Assembly (NCBI GenBank): GCA_963771275.1
Contig: CAVYSW010000010.1
Coordinates: forward strand, 448,001-512,000
Direction: 5' to 3'
Origin: an uncultured Gemmatimonadales bacterium
GTDB taxonomy: Bacteria; Gemmatimonadota; Gemmatimonadetes; Gemmatimonadales; GWC2-71-9
DNA: 64,000 bases
In this document: positions 37,672-50,668 of the stretch, piece by piece
How the letters are laid out: the number at the start of each line of letters is the position of its first letter
Numbering within the stretch: the stretch's first letter is position 1
Made by a program: the position numbers and the translations under genes
The notes under the pieces: generated by a model
What the model saw: only the letters and a program-made list of their open reading frames with translations
Told to the model about the DNA's origin: nothing
Database searches by the model: none

Positions 37672-40068
37672 TTAGAAGACGTTGCCAAGCTTGAAGTGCA
37701 GCTTCCAGCCCGGTGCCGGATTGCCGTTGATGTCTGTCCGGTCGAAGCCGTACGCATAGTCGAGCCCGATCGGCCCCAGCGGCGAGAGCACCGCCACGCC
37801 AAGGCCCGCGCCGCGGAACAGGCGTGTGGGGTTGAACTGACCGGGGGTGGCCCACACGTTCCCGGCGTCGAAGAAGGTGCTGAGGTAGAGGGCCTGACTG
37901 ATCCGCATCCCGATCTCGGCGGACGAGACGAAGTACGAGGCCCCGAAGGCATCCACCGTGCTGGCGCTCGTGCCGCTCGCGCGCGGGTCGAAGCCGGCCG
38001 GCGTGACCGAAAACTCGTCGTAGCCACGCAACGGGATGCCGTACTGCGTGCCGCCGAGCGCGAACAGCTGACGGAAATGCGGGCCGGCGTCTCCCCAGAC
38101 GAAGCCGGACTCCGCCCGCAGGCCGAGCACGAACTTGATCTGGCTGCCGCCCGGCTTGCTGCCGCCGAGCTGCCCGAGCGGCGCGTACCACCGTCCCGCG
38201 ATTGTGGCTCGGCGGAAGTTCCCGTCGCCGCCCAGGATGCCGCCGTTGAACGAGAGGCGCGTCTCGTACATGCTGCCGCCCGTGGGGAACGGCAGCTCGA
38301 TGCGAGTATCCCGAACGAGGCCGAATCCGACCGCGGAGAGCAGGCAGTTCGAGCATGTGAAGCGCGGCTGCAGCGTGGGGGAATCGTAGCTCGACTCGTC
38401 CAGCGTGTACGAGGTGAGGACCCGAGTGTAGCGCGACCCGAAGAACGGGAAGCCGAGTTGGATGCTCCCCCCGCGTGTGCGAATCCGGCCCAGGTCCGCG
38501 ATCGTGTACCGCAGTCGGCTGCTGTGCAGGCTCAATGCGCCGGAAATGAGCCCGCCGCGGATGGCCGGATCGCTGTAGGTGACGTTGAAGTCCGAGATGT
38601 TCTGCCCGAACTGCCACTGGAACTGCACCCGTTTGCCGCGACCGAGGACGTTGGGCTCGTCGAGGCCGATGAACCCGCCCACCCCCGTCCCCTGCCCCAC
38701 CGACGCGCCGAAATTGATGTTGCCGGTACGCCGCTCCTCGACGCGGAACACCACGTCCACGTCCACGCGGTTCTCGGTCGGCTGGATCTGGGGAATCTCG
38801 AGCGGCTGCTGGAAGAAGCCCAGGTTCGTCACGTTGCGGTAGGCCTGGATCAGCGCGTCCTGGCGGAACACGTCACCGGGCACCAGCGGAAACGTGGCCC
38901 GTCGCACCACGCTCTCGTGCGTGACCGTGTTGCCCACGATCGTCACGCGGTGGATGGTGGCGGGCTCACCTTCCGCGACCTGCCAGCGCAGGTCCACGAG
39001 GTGCCGGCCGTCCGGCGCCGTCCGCCTGGAGATGACGGACCGGACGTCCGCGTATAGGTAGCCGTTGTTCCCGTAGAGCGTCTGGACGGCCTGCGTGGCC
39101 TTGTTCCATTCCGCCTCGTCGAACGTCGCCGGTCCGGATCGGCTCCCCAGGCCGAGGAAGCCGGAGGCGGACACCGATCCGAAGGGGTAGTACTGCTCGA
39201 GCTGCTCGGCCGAGAACCGGCGGTTCCCCACGACCTCGAACGCCCCGACGTCGTAGCGGTTACCCTCATCGACCGTGACGACCAGGGTTCCCTTGCCCGT
39301 CTCCTCGTTCACGACCAGCGTGTCGCGCAGCACGTGGAAATCGATGAACCCCTGGGAAGCGTAGAACGCCGGGAGCCGCTCCCGGAGGTCGCGCTCGAGC
39401 TGCGTGTCGTCGTACTCGCCGCGCTGGAACCACCAGAAGCCCTCTGGCCCGGTCTTCATCTTGCCGGCGACGACGGCGTCCGGGAACGCGGTGTTGCCGT
39501 CCACGACGACCTGGGAGATCGCGACCCGGCGGCCCTCGTCGACGTCGAACACGACCCGCAGGGTTCCGTCGGTCTGCGGGAGCTCGCGCAGCGTCGCATG
39601 CGCCAGGTAGTACCCTTCGCGGCGGTACAGCGAGTCGATCGCGGCCAGCGACCGTTGTGCCGCCGCAGGGTCGTAGGGCCGGCCCTCCGGCAGCTTCACC
39701 TTACCGCGCACGCTGCGCTCCGACATGCGCGCGACGCCGCGCATGCTCCAGCCGGCCAGCAGCGGGCGCTCCACGACCTCGATGCGCAGAATCTGCCGCC
39801 CCCCCACCTCGCCTTGGGACATGCGGACGTCGTCGAACTGCCCCGTGCCGTAGAGCGCCGTGATCGCGCGCTGCACGTCGCGGTACGACACCTCCTGATG
39901 CAGCGGAATGCCCGCCACGCCCAGGATCTGCGGTATGGGCACCCGGCGGGCGCCCAGCACGGCGATGCTGTCGAGCACCGTCGTGAGCGGCGCACGCTCC
40001 TGCGCGGGGAGCGGGTGCGGTGCGACGAGCCCGACCGCGGCGCCGGCGATCAGGAGGAGGTGCCGCAC
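37672..40068 (-). CDS. bamA: Outer membrane protein assembly factor BamA
   Basis: POTRA repeats, PLRGYD, GLGV...SPLGPIGLDYAYG and C-terminal HFKLGNVF. Confidence 0.95.
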   Translation of the reverse strand: MRHLLLIAGAAVGLVAPHPLPAQERAPLTTVLDSIAVLGARRVPIPQILGVAGIPLHQEVSYRDVQRAITALYGTGQFDDVRMSQGEVGGRQILRIEVVERPLLAGWSMRGVARMSERSVRGKVKLPEGRPYDPAAAQRSLAAIDSLYRREGYYLAHATLRELPQTDGTLRVVFDVDEGRRVAISQVVVDGNTAFPDAVVAGKMKTGPEGFWWFQRGEYDDTQLERDLRERLPAFYASQGFIDFHVLRDTLVVNEETGKGTLVVTVDEGNRYDVGAFEVVGNRRFSAEQLEQYYPFGSVSASGFLGLGSRSGPATFDEAEWNKATQAVQTLYGNNGYLYADVRSVISRRTAPDGRHLVDLRWQVAEGEPATIHRVTIVGNTVTHESVVRRATFPLVPGDVFRQDALIQAYRNVTNLGFFQQPLEIPQIQPTENRVDVDVVFRVEERRTGNINFGASVGQGTGVGGFIGLDEPNVLGRGKRVQFQWQFGQNISDFNVTYSDPAIRGGLISGALSLHSSRLRYTIADLGRIRTRGGSIQLGFPFFGSRYTRVLTSYTLDESSYDSPTLQPRFTCSNCLLSAVGFGLVRDTRIELPFPTGGSMYETRLSFNGGILGGDGNFRRATIAGRWYAPLGQLGGSKPGGSQIKFVLGLRAESGFVWGDAGPHFRQLFALGGTQYGIPLRGYDEFSVTPAGFDPRASGTSASTVDAFGASYFVSSAEIGMRISQALYLSTFFDAGNVWATPGQFNPTRLFRGAGLGVAVLSPLGPIGLDYAYGFDRTDINGNPAPGWKLHFKLGNVF

Positions 40069-42549
<2,481 letters not shown>

Positions 42550-42559
42550 GGTGGCTCGC

Positions 42560-43672
42560 TCAAGACTCGGTGGTTGGCGGCCCGTTCCGCTGGCGTCGCG
42601 CGGCGTCTTCCTCCAGCAGGGTGCGCACGTAGCCCGCGCGAACCGCCGGCAGGTCGGGATCGGTGAGGGTCCGCTCGGTACGCTGCGCGAGGTGCGCAGG
42701 CTGCGTGAAGACGAGCAGCTTGTTCAAGGTGTATACACTCAGGTCCGTGATCAGGTTCAGCCCAACGCCCAGCCGCACGCCGCTCAGCAGATTCATCGCC
42801 TCTTCGAGCGACAGACTCCGCGCGTACCGCAGCAGCCCGTAGGCCCGCCAGACCTTGTCGGCGATGACGGTCGGGGCGTCGCGCTGCAGCACCTCCCGCG
42901 CCTGCTCCTCGTACTGGATCACCTGCCGGACGATCTTCGCCAGATGGTCGAGCAGCTCCTCCGCAGACTTCCCCAGCGTGGTCTGGTTCGAAAGCTGGAA
43001 GAAGTTGCCGACGACCTCGCTGCCCTCGCCGTAGAGGCCGCGAAAGGTCAGCCCGACTTGGCTGAGGCCCTGCAGCACCTTGGCGATTTCTTTCGTGAGC
43101 ACGAGGCCCGGGAGGTGGATCAGCACCGACGCACGGAGCCCCGTACCCGCGTTCGTCGGACACGAGGTAAGGTAACCAAACTCCGGATGGAAGGCGAAGG
43201 GCATGCTCGCCCCGAGCGCGCGATCCACGCGCCCGGTGTCGGCGAACGCGGGCTCCGGCGCAAAGCCGGACTTGAGCACCTGGAGCCGAAGGTGGTCTTC
43301 CTCGTTGATCATCACGCCGACGTCCCCGTTGGTCAGCAGCGCGGCACCGTGGCGCACGCCGTCACGACTCCCCAGCCCCGCGAGCTCCTTGGAGACGAGA
43401 TGGCGCTCGTGCAGCAACTGGCGCTCGAGGCGCGACAACCGGTCCACCCGGTAGACCGCGGCCCCGGCCAGCTCGGGCGCGTCGCGCGCCGCCGCCAGCA
43501 CACCCTCGAGCAGGTGCTCGCGCTCCGCGTCGTCGGCCCGGTGGGTGAACGGCACCCCGCGCAGGTTGCGGGCGAGGCGGATCCGCGTGGAGAGGACGAT
43601 GTGGGGGGCCGGGCCGCTCGCATCGAGCCACGATACCCCGCCGTCGGGCAGCAGGGCGAAGTCGAGCGTCAT
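42560..43672 (-). CDS. mcsB: Protein-arginine kinase McsB
   Basis: VLSTRIRLARNL, MINEEDHLR, GYLTSCPTNAGTGLRASV and FQLSNQTTLG. Confidence 0.95.
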   Translation of the reverse strand: MTLDFALLPDGGVSWLDASGPAPHIVLSTRIRLARNLRGVPFTHRADDAEREHLLEGVLAAARDAPELAGAAVYRVDRLSRLERQLLHERHLVSKELAGLGSRDGVRHGAALLTNGDVGVMINEEDHLRLQVLKSGFAPEPAFADTGRVDRALGASMPFAFHPEFGYLTSCPTNAGTGLRASVLIHLPGLVLTKEIAKVLQGLSQVGLTFRGLYGEGSEVVGNFFQLSNQTTLGKSAEELLDHLAKIVRQVIQYEEQAREVLQRDAPTVIADKVWRAYGLLRYARSLSLEEAMNLLSGVRLGVGLNLITDLSVYTLNKLLVFTQPAHLAQRTERTLTDPDLPAVRAGYVRTLLEEDAARRQRNGPPTTES

Positions 43673-44166
43673 TCGAGCGCCCGAATCTGGTCACGCAGTC
43701 GCGCGGCGAGCTCGAAGTTCTCCGTGGCCACGGCACGTTGCAGCTGCTCCCGCAGCTCGGTGAGATCCGGTGCCGGGGCCTCCGGCTCCCGCAGCGCCGA
43801 CGGACCGGGGTACGGCACCCCCACATGCTGGCTGGAGCCGTGGACCCGCCGCAGGAGGGTGCGCAGGTGCGCCGCGAACGTCGTGTAGCATTCGGGGCAT
43901 CCCAATCGCCCCGAGTCCTGGAAGTCCTGCAGCGTGGCTCCGCAGGCGCTGCACGCCTCCGCCCCGGACGCCGGCGTGGCTGGCGCCGTCCCCTCGCCCA
44001 TCGAGGCGAGGAAGTCCGACAGCGGGAACTTGGCCACGCTGGCCTCGGTGTGCACGCCCTTCTCGGCGGCACACACCTCGCACAGGTGCTGCTGCGTGAC
44101 GGTGTTGTTCACGATCTGGGTGAGGTGGATTGCCGCCGGGCGCTCACCGCACTGCTCGCACAGCAT
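43669..44166 (-). CDS. mcsA: McsB activator McsA (four CxxC motifs plus UVR domain)
   Basis: CEQC, CEVC, CSAC, GRLGCPECY and ENFELAARLRDQI. Confidence 0.93.
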   Translation of the reverse strand: MLCEQCGERPAAIHLTQIVNNTVTQQHLCEVCAAEKGVHTEASVAKFPLSDFLASMGEGTAPATPASGAEACSACGATLQDFQDSGRLGCPECYTTFAAHLRTLLRRVHGSSQHVGVPYPGPSALREPEAPAPDLTELREQLQRAVATENFELAARLRDQIRALE

Positions 44167-44867
44167 CAGGACATCGCCTCGGCCGCGGTGGCCGGACGCA
44201 GGATCCCGCTCTCCAGCAGCAGGATCCGGTCGGCCCGCTCGGCGAGATCGCGGTTGTGCGTCGCCACCACCAGCGCGGTCTCGAGCGTGCGGGCCAGCCC
44301 CGCCAGGAGGTCGTGGAGCTGCGCGCTGTGCGCGTGATCGAGATTGCCGCTTGGCTCGTCGGCCAGCACCACGCCCGGGTCGTGCACGATCGCGCGCGCG
44401 ACCGCGCAGCGCTGCTGCTCGCCGCCTGACAGCTCGGCGGGGCGATGCGACGCGCGCTCGGCCAGCCCGACCTGCGCCAGCACGTCCGCCGCGCGCTGCT
44501 GGGCGATGGCCGGGGCGAGTCCCGCGATCAGCAGCGGCATCATCACGTTCTCGAGCGCCGTAAACTCCCGCAACAGGTGGTGGAACTGGAAGACGAAGCC
44601 GACCTCCCGATTCCGCAGATGATCGCGCTCCGCGTCCGACAGGCCGGCATACGGCACCCCGCGCAGCCGGATCTCGCCCGCCGTGGGCCCGTCGAGCGCG
44701 CCCAGCAAGTGCAGCAGCGTGGTCTTCCCCGCTCCGCTGGCGCCGACGATCGCCACCATCTCGCCGCGGCGCACGTCGAGATCCACGGAGGTCAGCACCA
44801 CGAGTGGCCTGCCGTCGCCGCCGCGGTACACCTTGCGGATCGCCCGCGCCTCGAGGATCGCGCTCAT
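44166..44867 (-). CDS. lolD: Lipoprotein-releasing ABC transporter ATPase
   Basis: GASGAGKTT, GFVFQFHHLLREFTALENV, LSGGEQQR and ADEPSGNLD. Confidence 0.92.
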   Translation of the reverse strand: MSAILEARAIRKVYRGGDGRPLVVLTSVDLDVRRGEMVAIVGASGAGKTTLLHLLGALDGPTAGEIRLRGVPYAGLSDAERDHLRNREVGFVFQFHHLLREFTALENVMMPLLIAGLAPAIAQQRAADVLAQVGLAERASHRPAELSGGEQQRCAVARAIVHDPGVVLADEPSGNLDHAHSAQLHDLLAGLARTLETALVVATHNRDLAERADRILLLESGILRPATAAEAMS

Positions 44868-46114
44868 TCGTGCCGGATCGCTTCCACGGGGTCGAGCGCG
44901 GCCGCGCGGCCCGCCGGGTGAAGCGTCGCGACCAGCGCCACCGCGAGGCTCGCCGCCACGACCACCGCGAGGTCCAGCGGGTTCACGCGCACCGGCAGGT
45001 GGTCGATGAAGTAGACCGTGGGATCAAGTCGAATGACCCCGCTGCGGTCCACGAGGCGCGCGACGGCGAGCCCCAGAGCCGTTCCCAGCACCGTGCCGAC
45101 GACGCCAATCACCGCCCCCTGCAGCACGAAGATCCGGCGGATGCCGGCCGTCGGCAGGCCCATTGCGCGGAGGATGCCGATCTCGCGCGTCTTGTCCGCG
45201 ACCACCATCGTGAGCATGCTCACGATGTTGAACGCGGCCACGATCACGATCAGCAGCACGATGAATCCCATCGCGAGCTTCTCGAGCTGGAGCGCCGAGA
45301 ACAGCGAGCCGTTCTGCGTCTGCCAGTCGAGCGCCCGGTAGGGGTAGCCAAGCCGCTCCTCGAGTCGCGCTCCCACCACGCGCGCCCGGTCCGGATCCCG
45401 CAGGCGGACCTCGAGGCCCGTCACCGCGTCGCCCAGTCCGGCCACCTGCTGCGCCAGCGCCCGCGACGTCAGGACGTACGCGTTGTCGTACTCGTACATG
45501 CCGGTCTCGAAATACCCCGTCGCTTCGAGCCGCCAGTACTTGGGGACGAACCCGCCGACCGCCGCGTTGAACCGCGTCCCGCCGAACGACACGACGGTGA
45601 GGATCGAGCCGGGAAAGGCAGACATCCGCTCCGCGAACCGGCGGCCCACCACGACCCCCCCCTCCACCTCCGGCTGCGTCGTGGTAAACGACAGATCGCC
45701 GCGCTGGAACGTGCGGGCGAGCCCGGTGACCGCCATGGTCCCTGTGTCGGGCTCGATCCCCAGCAGGTACGCGCCCTCGGTATAGTCGTGCCCGGCATTG
45801 AACAGCGCCTGCGTCAGCACGAACGGCGCCGCCGCCACCACCTCGGGGTCCTCGCGCACCCGAGCGAGGGCCTCGCGCCACGCGTCCATCCGCAGGCCTT
45901 CGCCGAACGTCAGTACGCGCAGGTGCGGACTGCCGATCAGGATCTTGTCGCGGAGCTCGTGCTGCAGCCCGTTCATGACACCGAGCACCACGATCAGCGC
46001 CATCACGCCCACCGTGACGCCCCCGGTCGCGATGAACGTGTTGAGCGACACCGGCCGCGACGACCGGCGGCTCCGCAGGTAGCGACCCGCGATCGCGGTC
46101 TCGAGGCGCGTCAT
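44864..46114 (-). CDS. lolC: Lipoprotein-releasing ABC transporter permease (LolC/E family)
   Basis: RYLRSRR, GVTVGVMALIVVLGVMNG, VAAFNIVSMLTMVVADKTREIGILRAMG and LDPVEAIRHE. Confidence 0.92.
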   Translation of the reverse strand: MTRLETAIAGRYLRSRRSSRPVSLNTFIATGGVTVGVMALIVVLGVMNGLQHELRDKILIGSPHLRVLTFGEGLRMDAWREALARVREDPEVVAAAPFVLTQALFNAGHDYTEGAYLLGIEPDTGTMAVTGLARTFQRGDLSFTTTQPEVEGGVVVGRRFAERMSAFPGSILTVVSFGGTRFNAAVGGFVPKYWRLEATGYFETGMYEYDNAYVLTSRALAQQVAGLGDAVTGLEVRLRDPDRARVVGARLEERLGYPYRALDWQTQNGSLFSALQLEKLAMGFIVLLIVIVAAFNIVSMLTMVVADKTREIGILRAMGLPTAGIRRIFVLQGAVIGVVGTVLGTALGLAVARLVDRSGVIRLDPTVYFIDHLPVRVNPLDLAVVVAASLAVALVATLHPAGRAAALDPVEAIRHE

Positions 46115-47595
46115 TCCTCCGCCCGCAGCATCGGAAACAGAATCACGTCGCGAATCGAGTGCTGCTCGGCGAGGATCATCACGAGGCGGTCGATGCCGAG
46201 CCCGATGCCCCCCGTGGGGGGGAGCCCGTACTCGAGGGCCCGCACGTAGTCCTCGTCCATCGCCTGGGCTTCCTGATCCCCGGCAGCCCGCGCGGCGCCC
46301 TGCGCGTCGAGGCGGCGTCGCTGGTCGTCCGGATCGTTCAGCTCGCTGAACGCGTTGGCCAGCTCGCGCCCGAGCACGAAGAACTCGAAGCGCTCCGCCA
46401 GCGTGGGGTCGCCCCGCTTGGGCTTGGCCAGCGGCGACAGCTCGATCGGGAAGTCGACCACGAACGTCGGGGCCTGGAGCGTCGGTTCCACGTACGCCTT
46501 GAACACCTCGTCCGTGAGCTTGGCACGGCTCATCCCGTCGGGATCCGCGCCCCGCGCCGCGACTGCGCGGCGCAGGTCCGCGTCGCCGGCCGTCCGGAGA
46601 TCGACGCCGGCGCGCTCCGCCACGAGCTCGCGGTACCCGAGGCGGGGCCACGGGCGCGTGAAATCGAGCGCCCTGCCGAACCGCTCGATCCGGGCGTCGT
46701 CGCACACGTCGCGGACGACCCCCTCCACCATCGCCTCGGTAAGCGCCATCATGTCCCCATAGTCCGCGTACGCCTGGTAGAGCTCCAGCATCGTGAACTC
46801 GGGGTTGTGCAGGCGGTCGATGCCCTCGTTGCGGAAGTCCTTCCCGATCTCGTACACCCGCTCGAGCCCGCCGACCACGCACCGCTTGAGGTAGAGCTCG
46901 GTGGCGATCCGCAGGTAGAGCTGTCGGTCCAGCGCGTTGTGACGCGTCACGAACGGGCGCGCCATGGCGCCTCCGTAGATCGGCTGCAGGATCGGCGTCT
47001 CAACTTCGAGGAAGCCGCGCGCGTCGAGGAACGCCCGCAGGAACGCCACCGCGCGCGCCCGGGTGCGGAAGACGTGACGCACCTGCGGATGCACCGCCAG
47101 GTCGGTGTATCGCTGGCGGTAGCGAGTCTCGGGATCGATCAGGTCGCCGTGCTGGGCCCCCGCCGCGTCCGACTTCCCGAGCGGCAGCGGACGCAGCGCC
47201 TTGGCAAGCAGCGTGAGGGCCGTGCACCGCACGGTGACCTCGCCCGTGCGGGTACGGAACACGGCTCCGGCCACGCCGACTACGTCGCCCAGATCGAGCA
47301 ATTTGACGAGCGCGTACCCGTCGTCCGCCAGCCCGTCGGCCCGGAAGTACACCTGGATCCGCCCCGAGGGATCCTCGAGGTGCCCGAACGTCGTCTTGCC
47401 GTGGCCCCGCAGCGCGGCAACCCGTCCCGCGAGCGTGACCGGCACCTCGCGGTCCGGGTCGAACGCCGCGACGGCCTCCGCCGCAAGATGGGTGCGCTCG
47501 AACCGATAGGCGTACGGCTCGACGCCCCGTGCCCGGAGCGCCGCCAGCGCCTCGCGACGGGCGGCCTCCACCGGAGTGCGCGCCGCTTCGGTCAC
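46111..47595 (-). CDS. lysS: Lysine--tRNA ligase (class II)
   Basis: [40 protein letters not shown] and GLPPTGG.GLGIDRL. Confidence 0.97.
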   Translation of the reverse strand: MTEAARTPVEAARREALAALRARGVEPYAYRFERTHLAAEAVAAFDPDREVPVTLAGRVAALRGHGKTTFGHLEDPSGRIQVYFRADGLADDGYALVKLLDLGDVVGVAGAVFRTRTGEVTVRCTALTLLAKALRPLPLGKSDAAGAQHGDLIDPETRYRQRYTDLAVHPQVRHVFRTRARAVAFLRAFLDARGFLEVETPILQPIYGGAMARPFVTRHNALDRQLYLRIATELYLKRCVVGGLERVYEIGKDFRNEGIDRLHNPEFTMLELYQAYADYGDMMALTEAMVEGVVRDVCDDARIERFGRALDFTRPWPRLGYRELVAERAGVDLRTAGDADLRRAVAARGADPDGMSRAKLTDEVFKAYVEPTLQAPTFVVDFPIELSPLAKPKRGDPTLAERFEFFVLGRELANAFSELNDPDDQRRRLDAQGAARAAGDQEAQAMDEDYVRALEYGLPPTGGIGLGIDRLVMILAEQHSIRDVILFPMLRAEE

Positions 47596-48702
47596 GCCGC
47601 CTTGCCCCCGAACTTCTTGAGATACGCTTCGATGAACTCGTCGATCTTTCCGTCCATCACCGACTGGACATCCCCCACCTTGCGCTCGGTGCGGTGGTCG
47701 TTCACCATCGTGTAGGGCTGGAAGACATACGAGCGGATCTGGTTGCCCCAGCTGATGTCGGTCTTCGTCGCCTCCACCTCGGCCTTCTTCTTCTCGCGCT
47801 CCTCGATGGCCCGCTGGTAGAGCGCGGCCTTGAGCATCTTCATGGCCACGGCCTTGTTCTTGTGCTGGCTCCGCTCCTGCTGGCAGGCGACGACGATGCC
47901 CGTCGGCAGGTGCCGCAGGCGCACCGCCGAGGAAGTCTTGTTGACGTGCTGGCCGCCGGCGCCGGACGCGCGGTAGACGTCCATCTCGATGTCGTCGTCC
48001 CGGATGTCGATCTGAATCGTGTCGTCCACGACCGGGTAGACGAACACCGACGCGAACGAGGTGTGCCGCCGGGACTGGCCATCGAACGGAGAGATGCGCA
48101 CCAGGCGGTGCACCCCCTTCTCCGCCTTGAGGTAACCGTAGGCGTAGTCCCCGGTGATCTCGAGCACGACGGACTTGATTCCGGCTTCCTCTCCCGGCAG
48201 CAGATCGAGGATCCGTACGGTGTACCGGTGCCGCTCCCCCCAGCGCGTGTACATGCGCATGAGCATCTCGGCCCAGTCCTGCGACTCCGTTCCGCCCGCC
48301 CCGGGATGCACGGTGAGCAGGGCCGAGCGCAGATCGTCCGGGCCCTGCAACATGGTGCGCAGCTCGAGCGCCCGCAGGTCCGCGGTCAGCAGCTCGACTT
48401 CCTGCGCCAGGCCCTGCGCTAGTTCCGGGTCGGGATCATCCGCGATGAGGGCGGAGAGTTCGCGGGCGTCCTGCGTGCGCCGTTGGAGGTCGGCATAGGG
48501 CTCGGTCCAGCGCTTCAGCCGCCGGACTTCCTCCACGACCTCCCGGGCCCGCTCGGGTTGATCCCAGAATCCGGGCGCCGCCATGGCCTGCTCCAGGACC
48601 GTGACGCGCTGGTGCTTGGCGTCGAAGTCAAAGATAACCCCGGAGTTCGTGCAGCCCCTGCTCCAGCTCTCCAAGGCTCTCGCGGACATTGGTCTCGATC
48701 AC
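47592..48702 (-). CDS. prfB: Peptide chain release factor 2, with programmed +1 frameshift after codon 24
   Basis: GTG 48702 gives [24 protein letters not shown], then CTT TGA C; the +1 frame continues DFDAKH...SPF...[10 protein letters not shown]. Confidence 0.96.
48627..48643 (-). promoter_or_regulatory. prfB ribosomal frameshift cassette
   Basis: - strand CCGGGGTTATCTTTGAC: SD-like GGGG upstream of the CTT-TGA-C slippery site. Confidence 0.93.
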
Positions 48703-48744
48703 GGCTGTTCCTGCTTCCCTTTCCGGGCGGCGTCCATTATGCAC

Positions 48745-48780
48745 CGAGCCGTCGCCTCCGGGAGTCGGGGGGACGGCTCG
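48745..48780. terminator. GC-rich hairpin between the zinc-ribbon gene and prfB (terminator or leader structure)
   Basis: CGAGCCGTC...GACGGCTCG perfect 9-bp outer stem with extended pairing; no clear U-tract. Confidence 0.4.
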
Positions 48781-48822
48781 CCATGCTGCTAAATATAGGT
48801 CTGGCCACAGCTTGTGACCAGC

Positions 48823-49623
48823 CTAGAAGATCGACTGCCCTCCGGCAAGAATCTGGTTCAGGGCCTCCCGCCAATACGGTGTCGACTCCGCCATTTGCCC
48901 GCCGACCTGCTCCACGTATTCCTCCCAGCTCTTCTGGATCTCTTCCTCGAACGCTTCCTTGAGGTTCCCCGCGGAGAGCGCCCGCTGCCGCTTCTCCGGC
49001 TGGTAGACGATCATGTCCGAAACGAGCGCGCGGGCGAGCCGGCGGGCCTTCTGCTGCGGGTCCTGCTGCAGGAAGGGGTTGACCGGGCGCCTGCGGGCCT
49101 CGCCGCCGGCTGCCAGGCCCGCGGCCGCGGCCGGGGTCGCCGCGCGGGGCGGTGGAGCCGGTGGGCCCGGCGCGGGCCGTGGGGGCGGCACTGGGGCGGC
49201 CGTGATGGGCTGCCCCGGGGTCGGCCGGAACACCGGGGCGGACGGACGAGCCGGCGCCGCCGGCGGCGGTGTCACCGGGGGCTGCGGCGCCCGAGGCTGA
49301 TAGAACGGCTGGCTCAGGCGGGCACTGCCGGGCGCGACCGGTCGGGGCGGCGGGCTTGCAACGGCCGGGGTCTCGACCGTTGGTGCCGCTGGTCGGTGCT
49401 GGATGGGCGGCGTTGCCGGCGGTGCGAGGGTCACCGGTGCCGGGGTGGTCGCCGGGCGCACCGCCTCCGGCCGCGTCGGAGCCGGACGCGGGACGGACGC
49501 CCCGTCGCGCCGTACGTCCATCGTAGCGGCGCACACCGTGCAGCGCGCGCGGATACCGCGCTCCGGGACCTTGAGCGGATCAACACGAAACACCGTCCGA
49601 CAGGATGGGCAGCGGACGTTCAT
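48823..49623 (-). CDS. Zinc-ribbon (MJ0042-type finger) protein with Pro/Ala-rich linker and helical C-terminal domain
   Basis: CPSCRTVFRV..KVPERGIRARCTVC; low-complexity linker; ARRLARALVSDMIVY. Confidence 0.82.
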   Translation of the reverse strand: MNVRCPSCRTVFRVDPLKVPERGIRARCTVCAATMDVRRDGASVPRPAPTRPEAVRPATTPAPVTLAPPATPPIQHRPAAPTVETPAVASPPPRPVAPGSARLSQPFYQPRAPQPPVTPPPAAPARPSAPVFRPTPGQPITAAPVPPPRPAPGPPAPPPRAATPAAAAGLAAGGEARRRPVNPFLQQDPQQKARRLARALVSDMIVYQPEKRQRALSAGNLKEAFEEEIQKSWEEYVEQVGGQMAESTPYWREALNQILAGGQSIF

Positions 49624-49638
49624 GAGCGTGGGTCCTCC

Positions 49639-50589
49639 CTACCCCTCTTCCGGCTCGTCGTGGCGACGGTCGACCACGAACACCGATCCCGGCAGGGTCT
49701 TCGCATAGCTCTTCATCTCGGTCGCGAGCCCGCTGACCTGCGCGGGGTGCGTGAAATGACGCCGCTCGTTGGTCACGATGCCGATCGAGAGCGTCATCAG
49801 GGGCACGCGGTAGAGCTGGCCGCGACGGTCCTTCCCGAAGAAGTACCCGGCGCGGCGATCCTGATCGGAGTACTGGAACGGTACCAGGGCGTCAAACACC
49901 CCGATCACCTCCGCACAGATCTCGTTCACCCGATCGGTGGGCACGACGAAGATGAAGTCGTCGCCCCCGATGTGCCCCACGAAGCTCTCCTCCGGGCAGA
50001 GGCCCTTGACGACGTCGCGCAGCATGCGCGACAGGAGGTAGATGACGCGATCGCCGTCGTAGTAGCTGTAGCGATCGTTGAACTCCTTGAAATGATCGAG
50101 GTCGGCATAGCACACGGCGAACCGCTCGCCGGCCTCGAGCCGGCGGCGGATCTCCTGCTCGATATCCGTCGTGCCCGGAAGGCGGGTGGAAGGGTGGACG
50201 GCCACCGAGGTCGTCGCCCGGGCGATCAGCGCGTCCAGCCGCGCCCGCTGCTCGGCGGGCTCGAACAGCGGCGTGATCACCTCGTCGACGCCGGCGGCGA
50301 ACCACGCGCGAATGTGGTCCGACGTGTGGCCATCCGCCAGCACGGCGATCGGGATGATCCCCGTGTAGGGGTCCGCCGTGAGGCGCCGGCTCAGCGCCCG
50401 GCCCTCGTCGCCAAACTCCTCGGCGATCACGACGAGCGCCGGCAGGCCGCGCACCGCCGCCATCTCGACGTCCGCGCGCTCTCTGAGCGGCACGACCGGA
50501 AAGGACCGCGTGTCCGCCCAGGTCGCCAGGAGGTCGGGGACCGGCCGCCCGGCCGGCGCGAAGTAAAGGACCGCCTGACGCTTCGGCAC
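49639..50589 (-). CDS. GGDEF-family diguanylate cyclase with degenerate receiver domain
   Basis: HPSTRLPG, YADLDHFKEFNDRY..YDGDRVI, GHIGGDDF and LSIGI; REC-like N-terminus (AAGVDEVITPLF). Start GTG 50589 is inferred. Confidence 0.85.
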   Translation of the reverse strand: MPKRQAVLYFAPAGRPVPDLLATWADTRSFPVVPLRERADVEMAAVRGLPALVVIAEEFGDEGRALSRRLTADPYTGIIPIAVLADGHTSDHIRAWFAAGVDEVITPLFEPAEQRARLDALIARATTSVAVHPSTRLPGTTDIEQEIRRRLEAGERFAVCYADLDHFKEFNDRYSYYDGDRVIYLLSRMLRDVVKGLCPEESFVGHIGGDDFIFVVPTDRVNEICAEVIGVFDALVPFQYSDQDRRAGYFFGKDRRGQLYRVPLMTLSIGIVTNERRHFTHPAQVSGLATEMKSYAKTLPGSVFVVDRRHDEPEEG

Positions 50590-50668
50590 CTCGCTCCTCT
50601 CGCGTAATCCTAAGGCCGGAAAAAACTTAGGACTGCCTGCAGGGGAAGTCAAATGAGCGCTTTGGCGC

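Noticed and set aside
47592..48702. prfB as a frameshifted pseudogene
   Set aside because: The in-frame TGA lies in the canonical CTT-TGA-C programmed frameshift context
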